64,000 nt of DNA from Mycobacteriales bacterium (GCA_038233915.1 JBBSVA010000004.1:579-64578); one strand, 5' to 3'. Positions 33,213 through 43,938 are shown, counted from the first letter of the stretch. Notes: generated from the sequence alone by a model not told the origin. Program-made: numbers and translations.

Positions 33213-34456
33213 GCTCCTCGCGCCGGTCCCTGCTGGCCGCGACCGCGGTCGGGGTGACCCTGCTGGCGGGGTGCACCTCCACCGTGGACGGCACCGCGAG
33301 CGCCGGCGCCACCAGCGCACCGGGCACGACGGGGTCCCCGTCCGGGTCCTCGGCGCCGACCACGGGGTCCGCGCCGACCGGTCAGGTGACGCCGGCCCCC
33401 GAGGTCGGGCCGGGCACCGGCGCCGAGGCCCGCCGGCTGGCGGCGGTGAGCTCGCTGATCGTCACCACCAGCCCGGAGCGGACCGACAGTTGCTTCCCCA
33501 GCGGCCCGTTCGGCAGCGCCCGCAGCGTCGACTCGCTGTACTTCGGCGACGGCCGGGTGGAGCAGGAGCTGGACCGCTGGGGGTTCGTGGTCGGCTGGGG
33601 CAATTGCGCTCAGGACACCGCGGGGAACGGCTCGCTGGTGCTGATCAGCGAGGTGTCGGACCCGGACTCCGCGGCCGCGGCGGCCACGGCGTTCAACGAG
33701 ATCGCGCTGGGCTTCGACTACGGCGACCAGCAGCCGGTCGAGCTGGCCGCGCTCGGTGTCACCGCCGCGCAGACGACGGGCGGCTCGGACTCCGCGGGCG
33801 CCTCCACCGACACCATCCAGGCCTGGGTTGCCACCGGCCGGATGCTCGCCTACGCCTACGTGGACGCCCCCGCCGGCGGCGGGCCGGACCTGATCACCCG
33901 TCAGCTGCAGGACCAGTTGTCCCTGGTGGGCGCCTTCCAGCCGACGCCGCAGGACCAGGTGCCCGACCTGCCCAACGACGCGCTGGGGCTGGCGGCTCTC
34001 GCCCTGGACCCGCCCGGTGACCTCAACCGGTTCACCGGCACCTACGACCTGGAGGGCTACCTCCGGTTGGCCATCGACCCCGTCGTCGAACGGCAGCTGC
34101 TCACCACCAACGGGCTGACCGGCTTCTTCGCCAAGCAGTCCAGCGACGACTCGACGTCCCTGGGCTACGCCGTCGCGCTGTACGCCTTCCCGTCCTCGGC
34201 GCAGTCCAACGCCGTCTACACCGGCTTCGCGCAGCTGGAGGCCACCGCCTTCGGGGGCGCCCCGTTCGCGCTGCCGGCCATCCCCGAGGCGCCCTGCTTC
34301 GCCTTCGACGGGGGCGGCGGGAGCTTCTACCAGCGCTGCTACGTGGGCTACGGCTCCTACCTGGCCAGCGTCGACGTGACCGGGCTGACTGCGATCGACG
34401 ACTACGCCCCGATGAACACGCTGCTGCCCCAGCAGCGGGACCTGATCGACGGCTGA
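33209..34456 (+). CDS. Hypothetical lipoprotein (415 aa)
   Basis: GTG 33209 overlaps the carbonic anhydrase TGA (GTGA). The N-terminus [25 protein letters not shown] has a lipobox. A Ser/Thr/Pro/Gly linker follows, then a domain I do not recognise. Confidence 0.7.
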   Translation: MSSSRRSLLAATAVGVTLLAGCTSTVDGTASAGATSAPGTTGSPSGSSAPTTGSAPTGQVTPAPEVGPGTGAEARRLAAVSSLIVTTSPERTDSCFPSGPFGSARSVDSLYFGDGRVEQELDRWGFVVGWGNCAQDTAGNGSLVLISEVSDPDSAAAAATAFNEIALGFDYGDQQPVELAALGVTAAQTTGGSDSAGASTDTIQAWVATGRMLAYAYVDAPAGGGPDLITRQLQDQLSLVGAFQPTPQDQVPDLPNDALGLAALALDPPGDLNRFTGTYDLEGYLRLAIDPVVERQLLTTNGLTGFFAKQSSDDSTSLGYAVALYAFPSSAQSNAVYTGFAQLEATAFGGAPFALPAIPEAPCFAFDGGGGSFYQRCYVGYGSYLASVDVTGLTAIDDYAPMNTLLPQQRDLIDG

Positions 34457-34587
34457 GCGGCCCCCGGCGGGCTGGTACTGTCCTCTCCTGGTGCGCGCTG
34501 CCGGCTGGTGCACGCGTGCTGTCGATCGGTCTCCCGTCCTCGGTGAGGCGATCCACCAGCCACCCGACGACGAGGAAGTGGGCCCCC

Positions 34588-35031
34588 GTGCGCACGTACA
34601 CCCCCAAGCCCGGTGACATCACCCGGGCCTGGCACGTCATCGACGCCACCGACGTGGTGCTCGGTCGACTGGCCACGCACACCGCGCAGCTCCTGCGCGG
34701 CAAGCACAAGCCGCAGTACGCCCTGCACGTGGACACCGGCGACTTCGTCGTCGTCATCAACGCGGGCAAGGTGGCGCTGACGGGCAACAAGCGCAACGCG
34801 AAGGTCGCCTACCGGCACTCGGGCTACCCGGGTGGTCTGCGGGCGATCAACGTCGGCGACGAGCTCAAGACCCGTCCGGACCGCGTGATCGAGCGCGCTG
34901 TCAAGGGGATGCTGCCGCACAACACGCTGGGCCGGCAGATGCTCTCCAAGCTCAAGGTCTACGCCGGGCCCGAGCACCCGCACCAGGCCCAGCTGCCCCA
35001 GACCTTCGAGATCAAGCAGGTGTCCCAGTGA
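34588..35031 (+). CDS. rplM: 50S ribosomal protein L13
   Basis: GTG 34588 inside ORF 34516..35031. [29 protein letters not shown]..., 147 aa. Confidence 0.97.
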   Translation: MRTYTPKPGDITRAWHVIDATDVVLGRLATHTAQLLRGKHKPQYALHVDTGDFVVVINAGKVALTGNKRNAKVAYRHSGYPGGLRAINVGDELKTRPDRVIERAVKGMLPHNTLGRQMLSKLKVYAGPEHPHQAQLPQTFEIKQVSQ

Positions 35032-35104
35032 TCGAGCTCGCGAGATCACCATTCAGCACGGCACCGTCGGTCACGACGCTGACGAGCGCTAGCGAGGAGA
35101 GCAA

Positions 35105-35536
35105 GTGACCACCCCGATGACGGCGCCCCAGACCGTGACCGACGCCGACGGCCGCCCGATCCAGACTGTGGGCCGCCGCAAGGAGGCCATCGTCCGGGTG
35201 CGTCTGCTCCCCGGTACCGGTCAGTTCACGCTGAACAACCGGACCATCGAGGAGTACTTCCCGAACAAGGTCCACCAGCAGCTCATCCGTGAGCCCTTCA
35301 CCATCCTGGAGAAGGGCGAGCAGTACGACGTCGTCGCGCTGCTCGGCGGTGGCGGGGTCTCCGGCCAGGCCGGTGCCCTCCGTCTGGGGATCGCCCGGGC
35401 GCTCATCGAGATCGAGCCCGACGACCGTCCCGCGCTGAAGAAGGCCGGCTTCCTGACTCGTGACCCCCGGGCCACCGAGCGCAAGAAGTACGGCCTGAAG
35501 AAGGCGCGCAAGGCGCCCCAGTACTCCAAGCGCTGA
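35105..35536 (+). CDS. rpsI: 30S ribosomal protein S9
   Basis: ...[12 protein letters not shown]...[19 protein letters not shown]...[24 protein letters not shown] matches S9. Confidence 0.98.
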   Translation: MTTPMTAPQTVTDADGRPIQTVGRRKEAIVRVRLLPGTGQFTLNNRTIEEYFPNKVHQQLIREPFTILEKGEQYDVVALLGGGGVSGQAGALRLGIARALIEIEPDDRPALKKAGFLTRDPRATERKKYGLKKARKAPQYSKR

Positions 35537-35547
35537 CCGGGTAGTCC

Positions 35548-36900
35548 GTGGGTCGCCTCTTCGGGACCGACGGCGTCCGGGGTCGGGCCAACGCCGACCT
35601 CACGCCGGAGGTGGCCCTCTCGGTGGCACGTGCTGCCGCCAGCGTGCTCGCCGACCGCGACGGGACCTCGCGTCCCGTCGCGGTCGTCGGGCGCGACCCC
35701 CGCGCGAGCGGGGAGATGCTCGAGGCCGCGGTCGTCGCAGGCCTCACGAGTGCGGGCGCCGAGGTGCTGCGGGTGGGCGTCGTCCCCACCCCGGCCGTCG
35801 CGTTCCTCACCGGCCGGACCGGCGCCGACCTCGGTGTGATGATCTCGGCCAGCCACAACCCGATGCCCGACAACGGCATCAAGCTGTTCTCCCGCGGCGG
35901 GCACAAGCTGCCCGATGCGCTCGAAGCGGCCATCGAGCGGCGCATCGCCGGGCACCTGACGGCCTCCGACGCGCCCGAGTACCGGCCGACCGGCGGCGGC
36001 GTGGGCCGCGTGCGGGACCTGCCGAACGCCGCCGAGGACTACACCGACCACGTGCTGTCCGCGCTGCGCCAGCCGCTGTCCGGGCTGCGCGTCGTCGTCG
36101 ACTGCGCACACGGCGCCGCCTCGCGCTGCGCCCCCGAGGTCTACCGGCGGGCCGGGGCCACCGTGCACGTCATCGGTGGCGAGCCCGACGGCTGGAACAT
36201 CAACGACGGCATCGGCTCGACCCACCTGGGCCCGCTGCAGGCCGCTGTCGCCCGCACCGGCGCCGACATCGGCATCGCCCACGACGGCGACGCCGACCGT
36301 TGCCTGGCCGTCACCGCGCAGGGCGACCTGGTGGACGGCGACGAGATCCTGGCGATCTGTGCGCTGGCGCTGCACGAGAGCGGCAATCTGCTGCAGGACA
36401 CCGTCGTCGCCACCGTGATGAGCAACCTGGGCTTCCACCACACGATGCGTGACGCCGGCATCACCGTGGCCACCACGGCCGTGGGCGACCGCTACGTGCT
36501 CGAGGCGTTGCGCTCCCGCGGCCTCTCGCTGGGCGGTGAGCAGTCCGGGCACCTGGTGTTCCTGGACTGGGCGACCACCGGTGACGGCCTGCTGACCGGC
36601 CTGGCGCTGCTGTCCCGGATGTCGGCCACCGGATCCTCGCTGGCCGACCTCGCCTCCGTCGTCCAGAAGCTGCCGCAGGTCCTGATTAACGTGCCGGTCA
36701 GCGACCGGCTCGCGGTCGTGGAGTCCGACGACGTCGCCCGCGCGGTCAACGCCGTCGAGGCCGAGTTGGGTGAGGACGGCCGGGTGCTGCTGCGCCCCTC
36801 GGGTACCGAGCAGCTGGTCCGGGTGATGGTCGAGGCCCCCACCCAGGAGCAGGCCGACGCCGTCGCGCACCGACTGGCCGAGGTCGTCGCCGCCGTCTGA
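35548..36900 (+). CDS. glmM: Phosphoglucosamine mutase
   Basis: [15 protein letters not shown]...[17 protein letters not shown]...GGEQSGH matches GlmM. 450 aa. Confidence 0.98.
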   Translation: MGRLFGTDGVRGRANADLTPEVALSVARAAASVLADRDGTSRPVAVVGRDPRASGEMLEAAVVAGLTSAGAEVLRVGVVPTPAVAFLTGRTGADLGVMISASHNPMPDNGIKLFSRGGHKLPDALEAAIERRIAGHLTASDAPEYRPTGGGVGRVRDLPNAAEDYTDHVLSALRQPLSGLRVVVDCAHGAASRCAPEVYRRAGATVHVIGGEPDGWNINDGIGSTHLGPLQAAVARTGADIGIAHDGDADRCLAVTAQGDLVDGDEILAICALALHESGNLLQDTVVATVMSNLGFHHTMRDAGITVATTAVGDRYVLEALRSRGLSLGGEQSGHLVFLDWATTGDGLLTGLALLSRMSATGSSLADLASVVQKLPQVLINVPVSDRLAVVESDDVARAVNAVEAELGEDGRVLLRPSGTEQLVRVMVEAPTQEQADAVAHRLAEVVAAV

Positions 36901-36962
36901 CCCCTCCCGCCGGGACCGCTGGTTGCGGCTCGGGGGCCTCGGGCACCAGTACCCTCATCGGA

Positions 36963-38825
36963 ATGTGCGGCATCGTGGGGTACGTCGGTCCTCAGAACGC
37001 GTTGGACGTCGTCCTGGAGGGACTCCGTCGGCTGGAGTACCGCGGGTACGACTCGGCCGGGGTCGCAGTCCTCGCCGACGGTGAGCTGGCGACGGCGAAG
37101 AAGGCCGGCAAGGTCGCGAACCTGGAGAAGGAGCTGGCCGACGAGGCCCTCCCGTTCGCCACGATCGGGATCGGGCACACCCGGTGGGCCACCCACGGCG
37201 GGCCCACCGACCGCAACGCGCACCCGCACACCTCCGCCGACGGCACGGTCGCGGTGATCCACAACGGGATCATCGAGAACTTCGCCGCGCTGCGCACCGA
37301 GGTGGAGGCGACCGGGGTCGAGTTCACCTCCGAGACCGACACCGAGGTCGTCGCCCACCTGCTCGCCGCCGTCTACCCGACGCTGCCGGCCGGTGAGGGC
37401 CGACTCGCCGAGGCCATGCGCGTGGTGTCCCGCCGCCTGGAGGGCGCCTTCACCCTCGTCGCCAGCCACGCCGCCGAGCCTGACACGCTGGTCGCCTCCC
37501 GTCGCAACTCCCCGCTGGTCGTCGGGGTCGGGGACGGCGAGTACTTCCTCGGCTCGGACGTCGCGGCCTTCATCGGGCACACCCGCAACGCCCTGGAGCT
37601 GGGTCAGGACCAGGTCGTCGAGCTGCACCGCACGCGCGGGGTGACCGTGACCGACTTCCACGGTGCCGTCGTCGAGCCGCTGGCCTACGCGGTGGACTGG
37701 GACGCCGAGGCCGCCGAGAAGGGCGGCTACGACTGGTTCATGCTCAAGGAGATCGCCGAGCAGCCGCGGGCCGTGGCGGACACCCTCCTGGGGCGCCTCG
37801 GCGAGCGCGGCGAGATCGTGCTGGACGAGGTCCGGATCTCCGACGAGGACCTGCGCGGGGTCACCAAGGTCTTCGTGATCGCCTGCGGCACGGCCTACCA
37901 CGCTGGTCTGATCGCCAAGTACGCCATCGAGCACTGGACCCGGATCCCGGTCGAGGTCGAGCTGGCCAGCGAGTTCCGCTACCGGGACCCGGTGCTGGAC
38001 CGCTCCACGCTGGTCGTCGTCATCTCCCAGTCCGGCGAGACGATGGACACCCTGATGGCGCTGCGGCACGCCAAGGAGCAGCAGGCGCGGGTGCTGGCCA
38101 TCTGCAACGCCAACGGGTCGACCATCCCGCGCGAGTCCGACGCCGTGCTCTACACCCGGGCCGGACCCGAGGTCGCCGTCGCCTCCACCAAGGGCTTCCT
38201 GACCCAGGTGGTGGCCTGCTACCTGGTCGGGTTGTTCCTGGCCCAGGTGCGCGGCCTCAAGTACGAGGACGAGGTGGCCGCCGTCGTCACCGAGCTGCGC
38301 AAGCTCCCCGAGCAGATCACCGAGGTCCTGGCCGACATGGACGGCGTCCGGGAGCTGGGCCGGTCGCTGGCCACCGAGTCGACGATCCTCTTCCTCGGCC
38401 GCCACGTCGGGTACCCGGTGGCGCTGGAGGGGGCCCTCAAGCTCAAGGAGCTGGCCTACATCCACGCCGAGGGCTTCGCCGCCGGCGAGCTCAAGCACGG
38501 GTCGATCGCGCTCATCGGCGAGGGCACTCCGGTGATCGTCGTGGCGCCGTCGCCGCACGGCCGGGAGTCGCTGCACGGCAAGGTGGTGTCCAACATCCAG
38601 GAGGTCCGGGCCCGCGGAGCGCGCACGATCGTCATCGCCGAGGAGGGTGACGACGAGGTGCTGCCCTACGCCGACCACGTCATCCGGGTGCCGCGCACCC
38701 CGACGCTGCTGGCGCCGGTCGTGACGACCATCCCGCTGCAGATCCTGGCCTGCGAGATCGCCGACACCCGCGGCCTGGACGTGGACATGCCCCGCAACCT
38801 GGCGAAGTCCGTCACCGTCGAGTGA
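36963..38825 (+). CDS. glmS: Glutamine--fructose-6-phosphate aminotransferase
   Basis: MCGIVGYVG...HTRWATHG...SQSGETMDT...NLAKSVTVE, 620 aa. Confidence 0.99.
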   Translation: MCGIVGYVGPQNALDVVLEGLRRLEYRGYDSAGVAVLADGELATAKKAGKVANLEKELADEALPFATIGIGHTRWATHGGPTDRNAHPHTSADGTVAVIHNGIIENFAALRTEVEATGVEFTSETDTEVVAHLLAAVYPTLPAGEGRLAEAMRVVSRRLEGAFTLVASHAAEPDTLVASRRNSPLVVGVGDGEYFLGSDVAAFIGHTRNALELGQDQVVELHRTRGVTVTDFHGAVVEPLAYAVDWDAEAAEKGGYDWFMLKEIAEQPRAVADTLLGRLGERGEIVLDEVRISDEDLRGVTKVFVIACGTAYHAGLIAKYAIEHWTRIPVEVELASEFRYRDPVLDRSTLVVVISQSGETMDTLMALRHAKEQQARVLAICNANGSTIPRESDAVLYTRAGPEVAVASTKGFLTQVVACYLVGLFLAQVRGLKYEDEVAAVVTELRKLPEQITEVLADMDGVRELGRSLATESTILFLGRHVGYPVALEGALKLKELAYIHAEGFAAGELKHGSIALIGEGTPVIVVAPSPHGRESLHGKVVSNIQEVRARGARTIVIAEEGDDEVLPYADHVIRVPRTPTLLAPVVTTIPLQILACEIADTRGLDVDMPRNLAKSVTVE

Positions 38826-38904
38826 TGGACCCGGCTGCCCCCCACGCCACGCTGCGCGCGCCGCGGGTCCCTGCAGCCGGGCCGTTCCAGCACGTCACCG
38901 CGCC
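38826..38904 (+). repeat. Stop-codon-anchored hairpin element, long-core copy 2 (after glmS)
   Basis: TGGACC, arm CGGCTGC, core CCCCCACGCCACGCTGCGCGCGCCGCGGGTCCCT, arm GCAGCCG, tail GGCCGTTCCAGCACGTCACCGCGCC. Fills the whole glmS-acpS gap. Confidence 0.75.
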
Positions 38905-39279
38905 GTGATCGTCGGCGTGGGGATCGACGTCTGTCCGGTGCAGCGGTTCGCCGTGTCGCTGAGCCGCACCCCGGGGCTGCGGGACCGGTTGTTCACCGCC
39001 GCTGAGCAGTGCACTCCCTCGGGGGCTCAGCGCACCGGTGAGTCCCTGGCCGCGCGCTTCGCGGCCAAGGAGGCGTTGGCCAAGGCGCTGGGCGCGCCCG
39101 GCGACCTGCACTGGCACGACGCCGAGGTCGTCGTCGGCGAGCACGGGCGGCCGTTGCTCGAGGTGCGCGGCACGGTGGCTGCCCGGGCCGACGCGCTGGG
39201 CGTCACGTCCTGGCACGTGTCGTTGAGCCACGACGGGGGCATCGCCTTAGCTGTGGTGATCGCCGAGAAGGACTCGTGA
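38905..39279 (+). CDS. acpS: Holo-[acyl-carrier-protein] synthase
   Basis: GTG start. [15 protein letters not shown]...[15 protein letters not shown]...VSLSHDGG matches AcpS. 124 aa. Confidence 0.95.
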   Translation: MIVGVGIDVCPVQRFAVSLSRTPGLRDRLFTAAEQCTPSGAQRTGESLAARFAAKEALAKALGAPGDLHWHDAEVVVGEHGRPLLEVRGTVAARADALGVTSWHVSLSHDGGIALAVVIAEKDS

Positions 39280-40706
39280 CCGGGCTCTACACCGCCGACC
39301 AGGTCCGGACGGCGGAGCAGCACGCGCTCATCGGTCTGCCCGGCGGCGCCCTCATGCAGCGGGCCGCGAGCGGCCTGGCCACCCTGTGCCTGCAGCTGGT
39401 CGGGCGGGCGCACGGGCTACGGGTGGTGCTCCTGGTCGGGGCCGGGGACAACGGCGGCGACGCACTCTGGGCCGGCGTCCTGCTTGCCGGCCGGGGGGCC
39501 GCCGTCACCGCGCTGCTGCTCGCCCCGGACCGCGCGCACGGGCCGGGTCTGGCCGCGCTGCGCCGAGCCCGCGGCCGGGTCGCCACCACGACCGGGGACG
39601 CCGGGCTGGACCGCGCCGATCTGGTGCTGGACGGGATCGTCGGCATCGGGGGCCGCGGCGGGCTGCGTCCCGAGGCCGCGGCGGCCGTCGCGGCGGCGGT
39701 GCGCGGGCCGGGCCTGCTGGTCGCCGTGGACCTGCCCAGTGGCGTGGACGCCGACACCGGCGGCGTCGAGGGCGAGGCGTTCCCGGCCCAGCACACCGTG
39801 ACGTTCGGCGCCGTCAAGCCCGGTCTCGTCGTGGGTGCCGGCCGCGGGTACGCGGGCACGGTGCACCTGGTCGACATCGGGCTCGAGCTGCCGGCGCCCA
39901 CCGCGTGCCGACTGACCGACGGCGACGTGGCGGCCCGGCTGACCGAGCCCGGCTCCGGGGACGACAAGTACAGCCAGGGCGTGGTCGGCGTCGTCGCCGG
40001 CTCCGCGACCTACCCGGGCGCCGGGGTGCTGTGCACGGGGGCTGCGCTGCGCGCCCGGCCTGGGCTGGTGCGGTACGCGGGTACCGCCGCCGAGGGCGTC
40101 CGTGCGGCCTGGCCCGAGGCGATCGTGACAGCCGGCCGCCCCGCGGACGCCGGCCGGGTGCAGGCCTGGGTGGTCGGCCCCGGCATGGGCACCGACGACG
40201 AGGCGCGCAGCGTGCTCGCCGAGGTGCTCAGCTTCGACCTGCCGGTGCTGGTGGACGCCGACGGCCTCACCATGCTCGCCACCGACCCGGCCCTGGCCCG
40301 GGGCCGCTCCGCGGCCACCGTGCTGACCCCGCACGACGGGGAGTTCACCCGCTTCGGCTGGGACCTGGGGGCCGACCGGATCGGTGCCGCCCGGGCCGCG
40401 GCCGCCGACTTGGGCGTCACGGTGCTGCTCAAGGGTGACGCGACCGTCGTCGCCGGACCGGACGGCACCACGTTCGTGAACGGGACAGGGACGCCCTGGC
40501 TGGCCACCGCCGGCACCGGGGACGTGCTGGCCGGCATCACCGGGGCGTTCCTGGCCACCGGCCTGGACGCCACCGAGGCCGCGGCGGTCGCCGCGCACGT
40601 GCACGGCCGGGCCGGCCAGCTGGCTGCATCGGGTGGTCCGCTGATTGCCGGCGACCTGGTGCGCCGCCTGCCCGAGACCCTGCACCGGATCCGCGTCGGC
40701 GCCTGA
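39276..40706 (+). CDS. nnr: Bifunctional NAD(P)H-hydrate epimerase / ADP-dependent dehydratase
   Basis: GTGA overlap with acpS. The N-terminal YjeF_N part contains ...[13 protein letters not shown].... The C-terminal kinase-like part contains ...[13 protein letters not shown]...[12 protein letters not shown].... 476 aa. Confidence 0.9.
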   Translation: MTGLYTADQVRTAEQHALIGLPGGALMQRAASGLATLCLQLVGRAHGLRVVLLVGAGDNGGDALWAGVLLAGRGAAVTALLLAPDRAHGPGLAALRRARGRVATTTGDAGLDRADLVLDGIVGIGGRGGLRPEAAAAVAAAVRGPGLLVAVDLPSGVDADTGGVEGEAFPAQHTVTFGAVKPGLVVGAGRGYAGTVHLVDIGLELPAPTACRLTDGDVAARLTEPGSGDDKYSQGVVGVVAGSATYPGAGVLCTGAALRARPGLVRYAGTAAEGVRAAWPEAIVTAGRPADAGRVQAWVVGPGMGTDDEARSVLAEVLSFDLPVLVDADGLTMLATDPALARGRSAATVLTPHDGEFTRFGWDLGADRIGAARAAAADLGVTVLLKGDATVVAGPDGTTFVNGTGTPWLATAGTGDVLAGITGAFLATGLDATEAAAVAAHVHGRAGQLAASGGPLIAGDLVRRLPETLHRIRVGA

Positions 40707-40750
40707 GCACCCGTCCGACCCCAGCGCCGACCGCGCCGCCCCAGGAGCAT

Positions 40751-40915
40751 CGTTCTCCGCGACCACCGCCCCGCCGCAGGACCGCGATAATCGCGACTAT
40801 CGCCGCCCGAGGAGCGGCGTTCTTCGCGACTTCCGCCGCCTGAGGGGCGGCGTTCTTCGCGACTTTCGCCGCCTGAGGGGCGGCGTTCTTCGCGACTTTC
40901 GCCGCAGGTGGGGCG
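40751..40915 (+). repeat. Tandem 33-bp repeat array (about 3 full units plus degenerate flanking units), each unit a hairpin
   Basis: Units CGCGACTWYCGCCGCCYGAGGRGCGGCGTTCTT at 40792, 40825 and 40858. There is a diverged unit at about 40758 and a partial unit at 40891. Each contains CGCCGCC-tgagg-GGCGGCG. Confidence 0.85.
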
Positions 40916-40949
40916 TGGGCGGGCGCGGGGGCCTGGGAGACTGGCGTCC

Positions 40950-42089
40950 GTGACTGTGCACAACAGGGCCGAGATCGTCGTCGACCTGGACACGATCGCG
41001 GCCAACGCCGCCGCCCTGCGCGAGCGCGCCGGTCGGCCGCTGATGGCCGTGGTCAAGGCCGACGGGTACGGCCACGGCCTGGTGCCCGCCGCCCGGGCTG
41101 CGCTCGCCGGGGGCGCCGACGCCCTGGGCGTCACGGTGCTCGAGGAGGCGTTGGCGCTGCGGGCTGCCGGCGTCACCGCGCCGGTGTTGTCCTGGCAGCA
41201 CGTGCCGGGGGCGGACTACGCCGCCGCGCTGGCCGCCGACGTCGAGGTCTCGGTCAACGCGGGCTGGGCCCTGGCCGAGGTGGTCGACGCCGCGCGCGCG
41301 ACCGGCCACACCGCACGGGTCCAGCTGTTCATCGACACCGGTCTGTCCCGCGAGGGCGCCACCCGGGCGGACTGGCCCGCCCTCGTCGCCGCAGCCGCCC
41401 GGGCGCAGGCCGACGGGGACGTCGTCGTCGTCGGGCTGTGGAGCCACCTGGCCTACGCCGACGCGCCCACGCACCCGACCATCGCGGCGCAGGTCGCGGT
41501 GTTCGAGGAGGCGACGGCGCTGGCCCGCGAGGCCGGTCTGACCGAGGCCCGCCGGCACCTGGCCAACTCCGCGGCGACCCTCACGCTGCCGCACACCTGG
41601 TACGACATGGTCCGGCCGGGGGTGGCGGTCTACGGGCTGGACCCGCTGGAGGGCGACCCTGCGCAGTACGGGCTCCGGCCGGCCATGTCCGTCCGCGCGC
41701 GAGTGGCGCTGACCAAGCGGGTGCCCGCGGGGGTCGGGGTGTCCTACGGCCACAGCTACCACACCACCGCGGAGACGACGCTGGCGCTGGTCCCGGTGGG
41801 CTACGCCGACGGGGTGCCGCGCGCCGGGGGCAACACCGCACGCGTGCTGGCGGCGGGGGAGCAGCGCACCATCGCCGGTCGGGTCTGCATGGACCAGTTC
41901 GTGCTCGACCTCGGGGACGACGAGGTGCAGCCCGGCGACGACGTGGTGCTCTGGGGCCCGGGGGACCGCGGCGAGCCGACTGCGCAGGACTGGGCAACCG
42001 CGCTGGGCACCATCCACTACGAGCTGGTCACCCGGGTCGGCGGGCGTTTCACCCGCGTCTACACCGGTACCGCCGGGGTCCCGGCGTGA
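40950..42089 (+). CDS. alr: Alanine racemase
   Basis: ...LMAVVKADGYGHG...VSYGHSY...GRVCMDQFVLD matches Alr. GTG 40950 is preferred because GTG 40908 lies inside the repeat array. Confidence 0.93.
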   Translation: MTVHNRAEIVVDLDTIAANAAALRERAGRPLMAVVKADGYGHGLVPAARAALAGGADALGVTVLEEALALRAAGVTAPVLSWQHVPGADYAAALAADVEVSVNAGWALAEVVDAARATGHTARVQLFIDTGLSREGATRADWPALVAAAARAQADGDVVVVGLWSHLAYADAPTHPTIAAQVAVFEEATALAREAGLTEARRHLANSAATLTLPHTWYDMVRPGVAVYGLDPLEGDPAQYGLRPAMSVRARVALTKRVPAGVGVSYGHSYHTTAETTLALVPVGYADGVPRAGGNTARVLAAGEQRTIAGRVCMDQFVLDLGDDEVQPGDDVVLWGPGDRGEPTAQDWATALGTIHYELVTRVGGRFTRVYTGTAGVPA

Positions 42090-43327
42090 GCGCCGCACGA
42101 CCGCGGGTGCCGCACGCCAAGCGCTTGCAGCCGATCGCGGTGCCGCACCCCACGCCGCGCACTGTCGGCATCCTCGGCGGGATCGTCGGACTGGCCGCGG
42201 CGAGCGCCGCGGTGGGGGTCGCCGTCACCCGGGCGGCCGGACGACGGGTCACCGCCGCCCAGCTGGGACCGGCTGCCGACCACGCCGAGATCGCCGCCGC
42301 CATCGATCCCACCGAGCGGCCCGCCGCCGTCCAGCGGGAGGACGACCCGCTCGGCTCGGGCAGCCGGGCACCCGACCGGACCGCGCTGGTGCGGGCCAGC
42401 GACGGCGTGCCGCTGTCGGTGGAGGAGATCGGCCCGTCGGACGCCCCGCTGACCGTCGTCTTCGTGCACGGCTACACGTTGTCGATGGCGTCCTGGACCT
42501 TCCAGCGTCGTGACCTGGCGGCCTCGCTGGCCACCGAGAACGGCCACCGGCCCGATGCCCGGCTGGTGTTCTACGACCAGCGCGGCCACGGTTCCTCCGG
42601 GCGCGGGCCGGCCGAGCACTCGACCATCGAGCAGCTCGCCGACGACCTGGCCCGCGTGCTGGCCGAGCGGGTGCCGCGCGGCCCCGTGGTCCTGCTGGGG
42701 CACTCGATGGGCGGCATGACCGTGCTGTCGCTGGCCGCGCACCACCCGGAGCTCTTCGGCCCGCGGGTGGTCGGCGTCGGGCTGCTGTCGACGTCCAGCG
42801 GCGGTCTCTCGGACCTGGACCTGGGGCTGCCACACGTGCTGGCCCGGCTGCGCACCGCGGTCTTCCCCATCGCCGCGTACACGATGAAGCGCCGCCCGCA
42901 GTGGGCCGAGCGGACCCGCCGGATCGCCCGCGACCTGGTCTCGGCCGCGGTCAAGGCGCTCTCCTTCGCCGGGGACGACGTCGACCCCGCCCTGGTCCGG
43001 TATGTGGACGCGATGATCGCCGGCACCCCGGTCGACGTGATCGCGGAGTTCTACCCGGCGATCGCCGGCCTGGACGCCGACGCCGCCCTCGAGCCGCTGA
43101 CCCGCATCCCCGTGCTGGTGCTGACCGGCGATGAGGACAAGATGATCCCGCGGGGGCACAGCGACCGGATCGTGGCCCGGCTCGAGGAGCTGGGCGCCGG
43201 CCCCGAGGAGTACGTCGTCGTCCCGGTGGCCGGGCACCTGGTGCCGTTGGAGCGCCCCGCCGAGGTCACCGCAGCGATCACCCGGCTGCTGCGCCGGGCG
43301 GGGGCCGAGCAGCAGGTCGCCCGGTGA
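42086..43327 (+). CDS. Alpha/beta-fold hydrolase with an N-terminal membrane anchor
   Basis: GTG 42086 overlaps the alr TGA. A TM-like segment GILGGIVGLAAASAAVGVAV is followed by ...VVFVHGYT...LLGHSMGGM (nucleophile elbow GxSxG). Confidence 0.8.
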   Translation: MSAARPRVPHAKRLQPIAVPHPTPRTVGILGGIVGLAAASAAVGVAVTRAAGRRVTAAQLGPAADHAEIAAAIDPTERPAAVQREDDPLGSGSRAPDRTALVRASDGVPLSVEEIGPSDAPLTVVFVHGYTLSMASWTFQRRDLAASLATENGHRPDARLVFYDQRGHGSSGRGPAEHSTIEQLADDLARVLAERVPRGPVVLLGHSMGGMTVLSLAAHHPELFGPRVVGVGLLSTSSGGLSDLDLGLPHVLARLRTAVFPIAAYTMKRRPQWAERTRRIARDLVSAAVKALSFAGDDVDPALVRYVDAMIAGTPVDVIAEFYPAIAGLDADAALEPLTRIPVLVLTGDEDKMIPRGHSDRIVARLEELGAGPEEYVVVPVAGHLVPLERPAEVTAAITRLLRRAGAEQQVAR

Positions 43328-43938
43328 GGGCGCCGGACCCGGTCGCCCTCGAGCTCACCGGGCGGGCCGCGACGATGGACTGGCCGACCCTGGCCGCCGC
43401 TGCCTCGACCTGCACGGCCTGCCCGGAGCTGGCCGCCGCGCGGCAACACGTCGTCGTCGGGGACGTGCCGGCCACCGGTCGGCCGCTGCTGGCGATCGTC
43501 GGCGAGGCGCCGGGCGCGACCGAGGACGAGACCGGCCGGCCCTTCGTGGGCCGCAGCGGCGTCCTGCTGGACCAGCTACTCGCCGAGGTCGGCCTGGACC
43601 GGGCGCAGACTGCGGTGCTCAACGTGGTCAAGTGCCGCCCGCCGGGCAACCGGACGCCGAGGGCCCCCGAGGTGGCCCGCTGCAGCGGCTGGCTGCGCCG
43701 GCAGCTGGACCTGCTCGACCCCCCGGCCGTGCTCGCGCTCGGGCTGTCCTCGGCGACGTGGTTCCTCGGGCCGAAGACGGTGCTCGGCCAGGCACGCGGA
43801 CGGGCGCATCAGGTCGACGGCCGACAGGTCTGGGTGACCTACCACCCGAGTGCGGCGATCCGGTTCGGCCCGAACGGGGCGCCCCGGGCCGCGCTGGCGG
43901 AGGACCTGGCCACGATCGCCCGGGAGGTCCGCCGGTGA
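43324..43938 (+). CDS. Family 4 uracil-DNA glycosylase (4Fe-4S type)
   Basis: GTGA overlap with the hydrolase. CTACPEL...GEAPGATEDETGRPFVGRSG...VVKCRPPGNR...CSGWL match family-4 UDG motifs and the Cys ligand pattern. Confidence 0.85.
   Translation: MRAPDPVALELTGRAATMDWPTLAAAASTCTACPELAAARQHVVVGDVPATGRPLLAIVGEAPGATEDETGRPFVGRSGVLLDQLLAEVGLDRAQTAVLNVVKCRPPGNRTPRAPEVARCSGWLRRQLDLLDPPAVLALGLSSATWFLGPKTVLGQARGRAHQVDGRQVWVTYHPSAAIRFGPNGAPRAALAEDLATIAREVRR

Noticed and set aside
36901-36962. glmS ribozyme upstream of glmS
   Set aside because: The leader is only 62 nt with no recognisable ribozyme core. As far as I know that ribozyme is not a feature of actinobacterial glmS genes.
36492-38678. 728-aa minus-strand ORF, antisense to glmS. 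Similar cases are 48791-50662 opposite groEL, 55217-57259 opposite guaA and 52753-54366 opposite guaB.
   Set aside because: Same GC-driven artefact. Each lies entirely inside a well-supported conserved gene and has low-complexity composition.
40751-40915. Possibility that the 33-bp tandem repeats are a small CRISPR array
   Set aside because: The units are directly contiguous with no unique spacers between them, and no cas genes are nearby. This is a tandem repeat, not a CRISPR array.
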